From positions 144,522,001-144,586,000 of the forward strand of contig OZ024741.1 in the NCBI GenBank assembly GCA_964016885.1: a DNA stretch of 64,000 nt. Reading direction: 5' to 3'. The position numbers were made by a program, and so were the translations under genes. Positions 24,733-37,878 of the stretch are shown here, piece after piece (the first letter of the stretch is position 1; every line of letters begins with the position of its first letter). Under the pieces are notes generated by a model. The model made no database searches, was not told the DNA's origin, and saw only the letters and a list, made by a program, of their open reading frames with translations. Origin of the DNA: Eledone cirrhosa. Its lineage: Eukaryota.

Positions 24733-25402
24733 GGAAAAAATGAAACGAAATTTCATTTCCCACTCTTAGTACGGCTGTTACTTAAATATAAGTATGTACA
24801 CGTACATACATATATGTATACAGACGTACAGTAGTATGTATATATATACAGGCACACATATATATATGTACGTATGGATTCACCGAACATTTATTATAAT
24901 GCTCGGTGTGTTTGTAAACAAACATCCCGAATTTCAAACCACCAGCGCGAGGAGAATATAAGCTAATAGAGGCATAGGAAAAACATTAAAATTAAAAGTA
25001 TAAATTAAAATGAGAAACCAACCTCATACCTAGGTCACACGTGTACAAACTCACCAGGAGTATGTTTCGCCATTTAAATGGGTTCCAATTCGGCCCTGTG
25101 GGTCATCAGCATATGGAAGGCCGATATTGTCCGCACTACTAGAGAGAACTAAAGTAAACTACCTTACGCACGTGTAGATATAATGGAAATGCGTGCACGA
25201 GGCAGTAACCGGTGGCATGAACAGAACAAGCTGCTATTCAATTTAAGGTGCTCAACAGCAGAGAGAGAGCGCAAGGAGCAAATATCAAGTAAAATAACGG
25301 AGCAAAGGACTCACGTATAATCCTGTAATTAAATGAGCTCAAAGGAAAGAGTTTTCCTGAGCACTTTAAATATATATAATATATATATATATATATAATA
25401 TA

Positions 25403-25523
<121 letters not shown>

Positions 25524-25540
25524 CGTGCGTGCGCGCGCGC

Positions 25541-25577
<37 letters not shown>

Positions 25578-25667
25578 AAATAAAATTAGAATGTTATTTC
25601 TCGCCCTAGCCCAACTGATACATATAAATGTAAGTATGCACACGTACACACACATACGAATCGAACA

Positions 25668-25845
25668 TAGCAGTATCGATAGAGGGTCTGACGCCATGTT
25701 TTGCAGCAAATAGTTACGGCCCTTTATGATCTGAGTTCAAATCCCGCCGAGGTTAACTTTGTCTTTCATCCTTACGGGGTCGATAAAATAAAGTACCAGT
25801 AATACACTGAAATAATTGCTGGCCTTGTGCCAAAAGTAGAAACAA
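25668..25845 (+). mobile_element. Meta-type SINE copy
   Basis: tRNA head and core. Confidence 0.85.
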
Positions 25846-26099
25846 TTATTAATATTCGATATCGCCCATACGTACATATGTATGTGTATATGTGTGTGTG
25901 TATGTATATATATATATGTGTGTGTAAATATATATATATAAATATAAGTATGTATACGTACATACATATATGTATACAGACGTACAGTAGTATGTATATA
26001 TATATATACATACATGCACACATATATATATATGTACGTATGGATTCACGGAACATTTATTATAATGCTCGGTGTGTTTATAAACAAACATCCCGAATT

Positions 26100-26430
26100 A
26101 AGCCGTACAGTCTCTAGCAACCATCGTTACTCATTTGTTCAACACTGACAAAGGAACGCTGTACTAGTTTCAAGCTTATTAGCTATCGTCAGCAACGTAT
26201 ACCTTCCTGCCAGATGATTGAACGTCTGAAAGTATATACTTAGGTTGTTCAGCCGTTAATATGCATAAGGAAAGTATATACAGCCGTAGGTGTGAGCCCC
26301 GCGAGTTGGAGTGGCTTTTCCAGCGCGTCTCCCTTGCCGTCCTCCGGGGAAACGCCTTCTCCATTCTGTCCGCCGGGGCTGTGGGTGGGCCCCATCGCGT
26401 ACCATTACATTAGTTAAATACCATTCTTTC
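26100..26430 (+). mobile_element. 3' fragment of a CRE-like non-LTR retrotransposon
   Basis: CEPRELEWLFQRVSLAVLRGNAFSILSAG matches the QRxSxAxxRGNA C-terminal signature of CRE-clade RLE elements. Confidence 0.65.
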
Positions 26431-26779
26431 ATCTCATACGCATATATATATATGAACTAATAGCGGCAACGCAGTCAAGCTCTCTCTCTCTTTTGGCGCC
26501 TTCCTTCGAACTGACAACACTGAAGATAAGCATGTTAACTTTTCTCTAACTACTTATCATGGATCTGGACTATACCTTATTATGTACGAGAATATTTGTT
26601 TACAACAATTATAACATGAAGCTACAATAAAAATATACACACAATAATATATACATATATACACACACACACAGATAGCGATGTCATAATGTCGTAATGC
26701 AGACATACAGACAGATATTATAAGGGCGAAACGTTATATCTATGTATCTATCTAAAAAGAAAGACTAAGAATTATAGAA

Positions 26780-26973
26780 AGATATCGCTAAATCGTCTAA
26801 TGCGGTCCCTAGGGCATTGAAAATTTAAAATTTAAATTTGCTCAAAACACTCACAGGACCATAAGTATTACTTGTGTAAAGTTTGAAAACAATCGGTTGG
26901 GTGGTTCTCAAGTTTTAAGGGAGACAGACAGACAGACAGACAAACAGACACTCTCTGTTTTAGATATATAGAT
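26780..26973 (+). mobile_element. Helitron/Helentron-related non-autonomous element end
   Basis: gtaaagtttgaaaacaatcgg...(CAGA)n...tttagatatatagat resembles DINE-1/Lep1-type ends. A matching-type start, tatactagctgacgtaccc, is at 28175. Confidence 0.4.
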
Positions 26974-29224
26974 ATATATGTACGTGTGCATACTTACAAT
27001 TATATATATATATGTGTGTGTGTATATATATAATGTTTACCTGAAAATATATTGGAATTTTTTTTTCATAAGTCATCATTTAGAAAAAGAAAAGAAAGAT
27101 TTGATTGCTATTTCTAGCATTCTGAAAAGTAATACGATGTGTGATTTGAAGGAGATTTGGCTGCTGTATCTAGCATTTTCTTTTATATAAATTTCAATGT
27201 TTGGCTGCCGTTTCTAGCATTGTTGTTGACCATGTAGTTGTCCACAAACAGGGTCGAAAGTTTCATATTTATCTCCCTTCGACCGTAAAATTTACGTGGA
27301 TTTTCTGTAATAGTTACGCCATTGATTTTATTCATATCTTTCTTGATGAATTTTGTTGGGATACTTATTAAAGCGTGTAGATTACAGTTCTGAAAACTAA
27401 TATATAATTTTAAAATAGATGTTAACAAAGAAATATACGGTTAATCACATATGATTAACGGTATATTTCTTTGCTTATTTCTATCATTTTCTGACACATT
27501 AAATGTATCTATGGTTTGATGGAGATTTCGTTGCTACCACTAGCATTGCCTAGGCCTTAGGCAATTTTTTTCTGATGTCAGACCCTAAGACACCAGAAAA
27601 AAATTGTCTCACTGGTCTTCCCAGCATTTTATAAAACTAAGTGGTCTGAGGAAGATTTTGATGTTATTTTTAGTAGGTTTTATGAGATATTTATATATGT
27701 GTGTGTTTGTAGTAGTAATTTGATACTTCTTTCGCACTATCATACGACCACAAAATGAGTGACCTGCGACTTCGCTGGGAAGACAATAGATAAATGTCTC
27801 TAATGGAAGGACTTACAGCGTCAGTTGTATGGAGGGGAACATTTTCCAGGGTCATCGGCTATCTATCAGTAAAATAACTAGCGGGCATTATAAATAGCCA
27901 GCTTACAGAGTCAAAGTAAGGAGTTCCGGAAATGATTTCGACTAGTTAAGATGTAGTAAAAAATATTACACAGGCACCTGTGTGTTTCTCTCTCACTCTC
28001 TATCTCTCTCTCTCCTTCTCTCTACTTTATGCGTAACCACCCAGCTGTTAAAACGGCAAGAGCTCAGCCGTCGGGTTCCCAACTCTTTCATATAACCATA
28101 CTCTACTACCCCAAATATGGAGCAGTCTGGTGAGTAATGGTCTAACCAGTTTCTTACTATAACCATCTTCATTTATACTAGCTGACGTACCCAGCTTCGC
28201 TCGAGTAAACAGATAAAAGAAAATGACTATTAGATGTTTGTCTGGTTTATAGTATGAGGCGAGACCGTGGTGTGTGTGTGTTACAAAAAATAACTACCCA
28301 TGGGTAAAAGGCGATTCTCTTGTATACAATTCTACAACTTTGAAACTCTGAGTCTGACCTTTATTTATTGTCATAGCAAAACTGGCTCTAACAGGGAACT
28401 GAAGTCTTGAGAATTTGAATGGCTGCTCGGTAGAGGAAGGGATAAGAGGAATCTTGGGAATAAATGCATTTTCTCCTTGATGATTGCCTCCAAGAATAGT
28501 GACCTATAGGAGATGGTTTATCATCATCCTGACTGTAAAGTGTGCCATTGCATAGAATTAGTGGGTCCACGTTTCTCAAAAGGATGATGGAAGTTCCAGT
28601 ATTTTATATTATATGTAGATATAGATATAGATATATAGATATAGATAATTGTATATAAATGTGTGCGTGTGTGTGAAAACCAGCGTCCGAATCGTGTGTT
28701 TAATTCTCTGTGTATCTGATTAAGTATATATGGGAAGATGTGTGTGTATGTAACTTACCAAGTCGTAACATATGTAACGAACGCGCAAACACACACACAC
28801 TCACAGATACATACACATTCATATACAAAATGTGACGTGGTCGTCGTGTTTAAAAATGTTTGTCTAGAGTAGATTATTTTAGATAAAGTGTTATATTGAT
28901 TTGATTTGGTCGAGCCGTTTGGGAATGCATAAAGAAAATACAGACAGAGAGACAACCATTTGTATATATAGAGAGATATATATCAAAATTAACAAATCTT
29001 TTATCCAATGCCGTTTCGACGGAATTTTGCTGTTTTAACAGCTTCCTTAACGCCGAGTTTTTCCATTTTCCTACGAATTCTAATACACTCGCGTTTCAAA
29101 ACTCTCTCTATATATACTTTAGGGTGGCCGACCGGGGTAGAAGCTGCTAAATGCTCGGTCGCCCTCATGTCTCTGATTTTCAGCCCCATGGATTTTGTCT
29201 ATTATATTCCTTTGTTATATTCCG

Positions 29225-29284
29225 AATACCTGATGATGTCACCGGATTCATACAGAACCCGGTCATTGAAATGATCATAGTATT
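29225..29284 (+). ncRNA. Type I hammerhead motif
   Basis: AATAC-CTGATGA-tgtcACCGG...CCGGTcatt-GAAA-TGATCA-TA-GTATT. Perfect 5-bp stem I, palindromic stem III and an imperfect stem II base. Confidence 0.65.
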
Positions 29285-29309
29285 ACACCAGTCCAGCCTC
29301 CTGTTATTT

Positions 29310-29384
<75 letters not shown>

Positions 29385-29392
29385 TGTGTGTA

Positions 29393-29436
<44 letters not shown>

Positions 29437-29439
<3 letters not shown>

Positions 29440-29705
29440 TGTTTCTACTTTTGGCACAAGGCCAGCAATTACCCAGTGCGTTACTGGTACTTTATTTTAT
29501 CGACCCCGGGAATAATAATTGTTTCTACTTTTGGCACAAGGCCAGCAATTACCCAGTGTATTACTGGTACTTTATTTTTATCGACCCCGTAAGGATGAAA
29601 GGCAAATTTAACCTCGGCGGGATTTGAACTCAGATCATAAAGGGCCATAACTCTATGCGTCAAAGCATGCCGTCCGACCTTCTACCGATACTGTCAATCC
29701 ACCCC
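29437..29705 (-). mobile_element. Meta-type SINE with a tandemly duplicated 3' half and (TTA)n tail
   Basis: The segment ttgtttctacttttggcacaagg...atcgacccc occurs twice (29439 and 29519). Confidence 0.85.
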
Positions 29706-29813
29706 GGGAATAATAATAATAATAAATGTGAAGACTAAAATCCGAAGAGGGATCAATAAGGATTATATATATATATATCAAATACATGTATATAGATAAA
29801 CCCGTATAGCAAA

Positions 29814-29938
29814 TATAAGTACAGATTAAAGTTTAAGGAAAGTATCGCTGCAATCACCCCTAACGGGATCTTCTGATCTTTCAGAAGGATCCCTTAAGGG
29901 TGAAAACACCGATTCTTTGCTTAAACTTTAATCTGTAC

Positions 29939-29943
<5 letters not shown>
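29814..29943. repeat. Foldback/MITE-like inverted repeat
   Basis: tataagtacagattaaagtttaag...gatcttctga pairs with tcagaaggatc...cttaaactttaatctgtacttata. Confidence 0.8.
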
Positions 29944-30000
<57 letters not shown>

Positions 30001-30002
<2 letters not shown>

Positions 30003-30316
30003 AAATTAAATTAAGGGTGTCATGTCCGAAAGGCATGCGCCATACTCACTGTAGAAGATTAATCATTTTAAAAGGTATCTATATTTAAAGTTCTAGTTCA
30101 ACTTTAATTGGTTACCTACCTAGCTGTGTGTGCTTACACACTTTACAAATTATCCCCTGTGATTGTTTCATGTGTTTATTTTAGATATATATATATATTT
30201 AAATCAATTTCTAGTTGATATAAAATGCTCGGATCTATTCATTGGAATCTTTGAGCATATTCTACAGTGGATATGGCGTATGTCTTTCGGACATGACACT
30301 CTTAATTTAATTTTGG
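30001..30316. mobile_element. MITE-like element with ~56-bp terminal inverted repeats in (TA)n
   Basis: caaaattaaattaagggtgtcatgtccgaaagg...ctgtagaa is inverted at 30261-30316. The internal segment 30053-30218 is duplicated at 30593-30750. Confidence 0.7.
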
Positions 30317-30747
30317 ATATATATACGGCCCCTTAATTGTAGAGCTAACTCAGTTGAAAGGACTCGGCTGCTATTTCTAGCTGTCGATAATCCTATTCAC
30401 GCCACTGGGATGACGCTGGTACGATGTGTGTATTTTAAAAAAATGCAACACGTGCGACGGGTCATTCGCAGTTTTGCATTTGCTGTGTAAACACAGATAG
30501 TTAAATCTTCTCCCTTGTTGAAAATACGTGATTTGACTACTGTCATTTACGGATTAATGGTGAAATATATTTCTTTAATGAAATATATACAAGGAAGATT
30601 AATCATTTTAAAAGGTATCTATATTTGAAGTTCTAGTTCAACTTTAATTAGTTACTTACCTAGTTGTGTGTGCTTACACACTTTATAAATTATCCCCTGT
30701 GATTGTTTCATGTGTTTATTTTATATATATATGTCAATCAATTTCTA

Positions 30748-30795
<48 letters not shown>

Positions 30796-31446
30796 ACCAC
30801 CACAGAATCCACTAAACATCATAGGATTTTACCAACATTTCAACCATCCTCTTACGGAATCACCTATATAACTCACCCACACACACACCCAAAATTTTTT
30901 TTTCTCCCACACGTCACCTACACCCACAACACGCTTAACCCCCACACACACACGTGCTTTGCACCACATATTTACACCCTCAGCCTCCTGATTCCTCTCC
31001 CCCACCCCTCTATCCACACACGCACAGACACTCCGACCTACCCCCCATACACACCTCTTCCTGAACATGCAACCCCGTTCTTCCCCCAACCCTTACTTTC
31101 ACATACACACACACACACACACGTACACCTACACACACACACACACACGTACACCTACACACACACACCACCTTCAGCCCTCCCCGCTCGGACACCCCGT
31201 CTCCCTCTCCCCACTCCATCCGCCACCACCCCTACACATCCCATACCCTTCCACCACCTGTTTTACCCCTTTTTAATTTCAGTTTATTTTGATCATGCTT
31301 TTATATTTAATTTTATTTCATTCCTTGTATTTTGATCATGCTCTATTTTTACTTTTATTTTTAATTTCATTCGCACCGTTTCCTTTCGCTATATGTCTCT
31401 CCACCACTCCCCTACACACCCTTTGAACTCTGTTCCCACACACTTC

Positions 31447-31482
31447 TCACCTGAGGAAGGGCTTATGCCCGAAACGTCGTTC
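31447..31482 (+). ncRNA. Minimal hammerhead motif (CUGAGGA-A-GGGC uuau GCCC-GAAA-CG-UC)
   Basis: Intact core and stem II with an eroded stem I. Followed by AATAAA at 31517, inside a C-rich element at about 30795-31572. Confidence 0.65.
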
Positions 31483-31570
31483 CCCGCCACCACCCCACTC
31501 TCCAGAGCGTGAAATTAATAAACATTCGTTGTACTGCCTCTCTGTTTTGTTCCTGTTCAAATTTTTCCAT

Positions 31571-31594
<24 letters not shown>

Positions 31595-31603
<9 letters not shown>

Positions 31604-31822
31604 AAACGAAAAATCAGTGATGCATCTGAACTCAATTTATTGTGTGTTACAATTGTTTCGCCGGCGGACAGCTCGAGACGCGATCATTGTGTGGATCTGT
31701 CTGATTCTGGACCCGCAGACAGATCCACACAATGATCGTGTCTCGAGCTGTCCGCCGGCGAAACAATTGTAACACAATAAATTGAGTTCAGATGCATCAC
31801 TGATTTTTCGTTTTATATTATA
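31595..31822. repeat. Near-perfect ~108-bp inverted repeat with a ~12-nt loop
   Basis: tataatataaaacgaaaaatcagtgatgc...ggatctgtctg pairs with cagacagatcc...gcatcactgatttttcgttttatattata. Confidence 0.95.
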
Positions 31823-31895
31823 TCATACTCTGTTCTGTAAGAGCATAGAGTGCTCAACCGGCATACCGCCTATGGAATCATCTAAGCTACCTCCC

Positions 31896-31950
<55 letters not shown>

Positions 31951-31959
31951 GCACGCGCA

Positions 31960-32018
<59 letters not shown>

Positions 32019-32191
32019 ACACACATATATATATATATATATCATTACAAAATAGGAATGATATACATACATACATATCAACTTTAACTGGTGGTATTCT
32101 TATGGGATAAGGCGCATGTTTGAGATTATCTCAAACATGACATTTTAAATTTTAAATGTAATATATCTATCTATATACATATATATACATA

Positions 32192-32255
<64 letters not shown>

Positions 32256-32631
32256 CACACACATATATATATATATATAGATGTTCTCTCTTTCTCCCTA
32301 TCTATTTTGTTTGTATCAACTCTTCCCCCTTCTTTCTCTCCTTTCTCCATCTCACTTTTACTCTCCCTCTCTGCTAGCCACCTCGCTGTTTCTCTCGCCT
32401 TTCCCCATCTCTTTCTCACATACTCTTGCGGAGGTCAGACGTGTTTTTTTTTCTCGTCCACACAGCCTCGGACTTAAGTTCAGTAGTTGATGTCGACTTT
32501 AATTTTTTCTCACACACATGTAATTCGGATTTCTCTCTTCGTTTTTGTTGTTTTCCGGTTTTTTTCGCTGTTTTTCCCCCTTTTACTTCCCTTTTCTCTT
32601 CTGTTATATATATTTTTTCTCTCTCTCCCTT

Positions 32632-32737
32632 TTTTTCCCAATAACTTCCTTTAGTTATTGACACACTGGGGCTAGATATCTTGTCTTTAATGCGTAGAAA
32701 TATCCATGATCCCCAGCAGACAACTGATGAAGGAAAG
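32632..32737 (+). ncRNA. Non-circularly permuted hammerhead, copy C (AUC at 32678-32680)
   Basis: TTTCC/GGAAA; hairpin CAATAACT/AGTTATTG; ACACA/TGCGT; CTGGGG..GATAT/ATATC..CCCCAG; TTGTCT/AGACAA. GAAA at 32697 and CTGATGA at 32724. Confidence 0.7.
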
Positions 32738-32806
32738 TTTTCTCCCGTTCGTGCTTTCCTCTTATTTATAAATACACCTTATCCAGCAACTACACAGCCC
32801 CTGTTT

Positions 32807-32876
<70 letters not shown>

Positions 32877-33374
32877 CATTACGTAAATTTCTGAAACAGT
32901 AGCCAGTCGGGTGACAGCATTATGATGACGCGTAGGGATTGCAGCTGCTAATGTTTTACTGTGTTGGCCGTCACATTGACTGTCATAGCTGACACGGACT
33001 GGAGTCGAATTCTGTCAATCGAATTGGTTATTGATTAGGCGAAAACCACTGATGAAGTCATATGCGCCGATTGTACATTGCTGCATAATAAATGCAGACG
33101 GTAGATGCTGTGTCCTCTATTGTTGCATCAAGTATGGCCGAACACGATTACGGGCATAGGTTGAAGGAACACATTTACGTGTTTTGTATTGCGAATAACT
33201 ATGTGTCTACTCTTGGATTTTGCATAACATTTCCTATTAAGTGCGGTGAGATGCAACTGGTACTAGCAGAGAAATCCATGCTAGCCCCGTCAACTTTTTA
33301 TGTATATATATATATATAAATACACACACGCACACGCACTCACACACACACTCAGACACACACATACACACACT

Positions 33375-33412
<38 letters not shown>

Positions 33413-33654
33413 CTGTATATATATATAGAGAACATCTTATACGAAAATTACTATAGAATAAATCCCAATACAGTACTTTAAAAAGTATTGTTTATTTTAG
33501 AATATAATATTAGGATCTATTAAAATATATTTACAAGGGAGACAATTCTGTTTATTATACGTATTGTTTCTCTCCCTTAGTGGTTGTGTGTGTGTTGTAT
33601 ATGTCTTGAAATTTAGACAATCAGCCATACAAACAGATTATTAACCATACACAC

Positions 33655-35890
33655 TATAAGACAGACAGACACATCTAAATAAGCCTAGTCTCCTCGGGTT
33701 TGACAAAGTACCAGATTGGTGACTGGCGCGAATAAGACCGAAACTGAAACTGCAATATGATGAGGAAAACAAAGAAAAATCATACTGCATCTTCCTTCGC
33801 GGTTTTAGGTAGAGGGGCCTGTTTGAAAAATATATTGCAGTCTCAATTTCATGCGACAAAAATGGGCGAAGGGCCTGCAACCTCTCCTAGGGTCGTGGAA
33901 TCGACGCACAAAGGTTGCGTGTCCCGAGAACCCCAAAGTGGGTCCGGAAGGTAGTAAACTTTGACAGTTGGAACCGGAACTTGGAAAATCACAACATACA
34001 GGCAAGGAGCAAGAAGTAGTGGAGGCGACTAGACGCTACCGGCTACATATAGTTGGAGTTTCCTCTACAAGATCTGTGGCTCTGATACTGTAGATTTGGC
34101 TGGAGGATGGGAACTTCATTATTTAGATGTGGGGCCAGAAATGACTGCACAGGCGGGAGTGGGGATACTCACAAGCCCCCGACTGTCAGAATGTATTATG
34201 GACTGGATTCCGTTCGGAGGGAAGATTTGCCTCTTGAAGCTTAAGCTGAAAGATAGGTCTCTGTGTGTGGTACAAGTTTATGCACCAAACAAGGAGTCTG
34301 AATACAGGTCTATCCGTGATGAAGTCACTGCAGCGTTAGATGTAGTTAAGACTGAGTCATATTTATGTGCTGGATGCCTGTGTTAAGAGAGGGGTTGAGC
34401 TGTCAACTAATCACCATCTAGTTATCTACAACTTGAGACTACCTAAAGCCAACGAAGCTCACAAAACTGACAGGTCCAGGGCGACTTACAGGATAAAGTG
34501 GGAAGCATTGGTGGATAAAGAAGTCAGGACCAGGTATGCAGATAGTATTGCATTCAAATTCAGAGACCAAATTGAGGACATTTAGACGGCGTGGCGATTG
34601 TTCAGCGCAACAGTTTCTGATTCATCTGTTAAATGCTGCGGGCAAATGAGGCTTGGTGTAGCAGGAAGACCCCATGGTTCAATCAAGAGGTCAAAGATGC
34701 CATCCAAGCAAAGGAGGAGGTTTAAAAAGCTTGGCTTGGAAATAAGTCCTCCTTCTTGCACTTTTAGTACAAGCAGACACGAAAAATCGCAGCAGAGACA
34801 GTAAAAGCATCCAAAGTTAAGACATGAAAGGACTTTGGGGTTAAGCTGAAATCTAACTTCAGATCAGCAAATAAAGCGTTCTGGCTAATCATCCACCGAC
34901 TTTGTAATAAGAAACCCTCCTCCACACCTGCTATCAAGAACGCGTCTGCGGTTCTCTTTTCAGAGAAGTGCATACTCATGCGTTGGAGAGATATCTTTGC
35001 TGAACTCCTAAACCCTGATGTCTTTATACGAATACCTGAGTATTTGTGTTTGGAAAAATGGTGTTAGATCGAAACCATTCAATGTGGGAGTCGGACTCCG
35101 CCAAGGGTGCGTTCTGTCACCTCTCCTGTTTATTATTTACATGAATTGGATTGATATGCGCAGCTGGGTTGGAAGTAGGATCATGACTGGCGCGAGTAAA
35201 ATCAATCGGCTGGAATTTGCAGACATGGTGTCACTTAACTCGACAGAAGGTGATCTCCAACTTACACTTGATAGGTTTGATGCAGAGTGTTGCATAGCTG
35301 GAATGAAAATCAGTGCAGCGAAAACTGAGACACTCGTCCTCTTAAGGAAGCCTGTGAAGTGCACTCTACGTGTGAATGGAATTCTACTGAAGCAGGTGGA
35401 AAGGTTCAAGTATCTCCGGGCTGTGTTCACGAGTGATGGAAGGCGGGAAGCTGAATTAAGTGCAAGAATTGCAAAAGCTGGTGCAGTAATGCGCCGGCTT
35501 CAGCATTCAGTAATCAGAAGGGAGGTAGGTGTAAAAGCCAAACTCGCTATCTTCAATTCAGTATTCATTCGAACGCTTACCTATGGTTATGAATCTCGGA
35601 TAATGACCGAAAGAATACGATCGCGAATACAAGCGGCAGAAATGAGATTTCTCCGAAGGGTATATGGAGTAATATTACTCGATAGAGTGCGTAACTTAGA
35701 GATCAGAGAGTCACTCCAGGTAGAGCCACTATTTCTCCGAATTGAGAGATCACAGCTCCGATTCACATGTGGTTAGAATGTACCAGGAAAGAATCGCTGG
35801 ACAGATTTTACGGACAAAACTAACCAGCAAGAGACCCTGGGGTAGACCCCGAACAAGATGGTTGGATAATATCCATGAATTTTGCTCCAG
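33655..35890 (+). mobile_element. RTE-clade LINE with 5' UTR, APE endonuclease and RT remnants; internally deleted
   Basis: AQAGVGILTSPRL...VVQVYAPN (APE) and SKPFNVGVGLRQGCVLSPLLFIIYM..LEFAD..YGYESRIMTERIRSRIQAAEMRFLRR (RT). Same family as 9286-11225. Confidence 0.9.
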
Positions 35891-36960
35891 AGAATATTTC
35901 CTGAATTATTCTAACCATATGCCCATATTATCGGAGCTGTAGTGACTATTCGGAGAAGTAGTGACTATTCGGAGAAGTAGTGACTCTACATGGAGTGACT
36001 CTCTGATCCCTGAGCTATGCACTCTATCAAGTAACGTTACTCCAAGGACACCTCGGGGGAACACCATTTCGGCTACTTGTATTCACGATTGTATTTTTTC
36101 AGTCATTACCCAAGATTCATGACCATATGTTAGCGTGAATACCGAATTGATGATAGCGAGTTTAACTTTTACACCTACCTCCTTTCTGATTGCACCATCT
36201 CATGCAATTCGTGGACTTAATTCAGCTTCCAGCCTTCACTCATGAACATGACCCTGAGATACGTGAACTTCTCCACCTGCTTCAGTAGAACTCCACTCAA
36301 ATGTAGAGTGCATTGCACAGGCTTACTTGAGAGGATGGTGTCTCAGTCTTCATAGCACTAATTTTCATTCATGCTGTGCAGCACCTTCTGATGAATTAAA
36401 ACCATGTCCTCTTCAAATTCCAGCTAACTGATCTTACAACTGCCAGTCATGATACCCCCCCCCCCCCTTGCGCAGTCATTTCTGGCGCCACATCTGAATA
36501 GTGGTGTTTCCATCCTCCACCCAAATCTACAATACCTGAGCCACAGAACTTTGAGAAAACCCCAACTATATATAGCCAGTAACATCTAGTCTCCCCCACT
36601 AGCTCCTGTTCCTTACCTGTAAGGGTTGTGGTGTTCCAGGTTTCAATTGTTCAGGTTAGTCCCTTCCAAACCCTCTTTCGGGCCTCAGGATATGTAATCT
36701 TTGTTCATCCATCCCATGCCTCCCAGGAGAGGTTGCAGGCTCATCGCCAGTATTCACAGCATGAGTTGGAAACTGCAATATATTTTTCGAACAGGCCTCT
36801 CTACCCAAAACCTTAATGTGTCCCTTGTTAACTTGTACGAAGGACTCTGTGGTATGATTGTCTTTTTGTTGAGTCTAACCATATTGCAGTATTTTTGGCA
36901 GTCTTATTTGTGCCAGTCACCAATCTGGTACTTTTCTCAGACCATGCTTGGATCATTTCT
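35891..36960 (-). mobile_element. Second heavily deleted RTE copy, tail-to-tail with the previous one
   Basis: 36700-36945 is the reverse complement of the 33700-33900 5' UTR; 35900-36440 matches the RT C-terminus. Confidence 0.85.
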
Positions 36961-37238
36961 TAAGTATGTGTTGCAACGGTATCCAATTCTATTGAATGGT
37001 ACAACAATGCATAAATGACAGTGAAAATATATATACTTAAAACAGTATTTATCGATACTAACAAAACCATGACATGACATATGTCAACAAACTGTAATAC
37101 ACACCATATAGAGAAAGTTTCTGTGTACGGAAAATAGTTTTAAAATGCTTGTTGTTGGACACTAAAATGAAAATAAATATTCTTAAAACAATATAAATCA
37201 ATGCCCACTAAAATGATTCTTATAACAATGACATTGAC

Positions 37239-37301
<63 letters not shown>

Positions 37302-37777
37302 CACCCCCCCCCCCCCCGTTTTGCTTTCTTCGTATTCCAACTACATTTTAAGTTACTTTAAATAGCAACTACACACTCATTTCTATTCTCCATATATTTC
37401 ATCATGTTTTTCGCTGTGACCATTATTATCTCCCCTTCTACCTACCTACTTTGCCACTTTCTACTCTCACCCCTCTTTCTTCACCTCCCTTTCTCCCTAT
37501 CTACTCTTGCCCCATTTTCTTCCTCTCCCTTTCTCCTTCTCACCTCCACCCCTCGCCTGACCGTTTAGCAGTTCTCTTCTCTCTCACAACTGCGGCGATC
37601 GGACGTGTGTCTTGTTCCTCTCGACCACTCAGTCTTGAACTTAAGTTCTCTTATCGAGTGGTCTTGAATTTCTTACCTTAGGTTGCTCGCACATTGCTCG
37701 GTTTGTAGTTTTTTTTTCGCTGTTTTGTTATTGTTTTCTCTTTTCTTCCCCTTTGCCCCTCCCCCTTCCTTCCTTCG

Positions 37778-37878
37778 TTTCTCCAATAACTTATCCAGTT
37801 ATTGAAGCCCTGGGCGGTAGATATCTTGTCTTTAAAGCGTAGAAATATCCGAGACCCCAGTAGACAACTGATGAGGAT
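37778..37878 (+). ncRNA. Non-circularly permuted hammerhead, copy D (AUC at 37823-37825)
   Basis: Hairpin CAATAACT/AGTTATTG; CTGGG..GATAT/ATATC..CCCAG; TTGTCT/AGACAA. GAAA at 37842 and CTGATGA at 37868. Same family as copy C (host elements about 32280-32810 and 37400-37975). Confidence 0.65.

Noticed and set aside
33010-33070. GAAA...CTGATGA pair suggesting another permuted hammerhead
   Set aside because: Stem III is plausible (TGGTT/AACCA), but no stem I partner precedes CTGATGA, so the fold cannot be completed.
33660-33745. HDV-like ribozyme in the RTE 5' UTR
   Set aside because: TCCTCG and GCGAAT words are present, but I could not build P1-P3 and the second copy does not conserve them.
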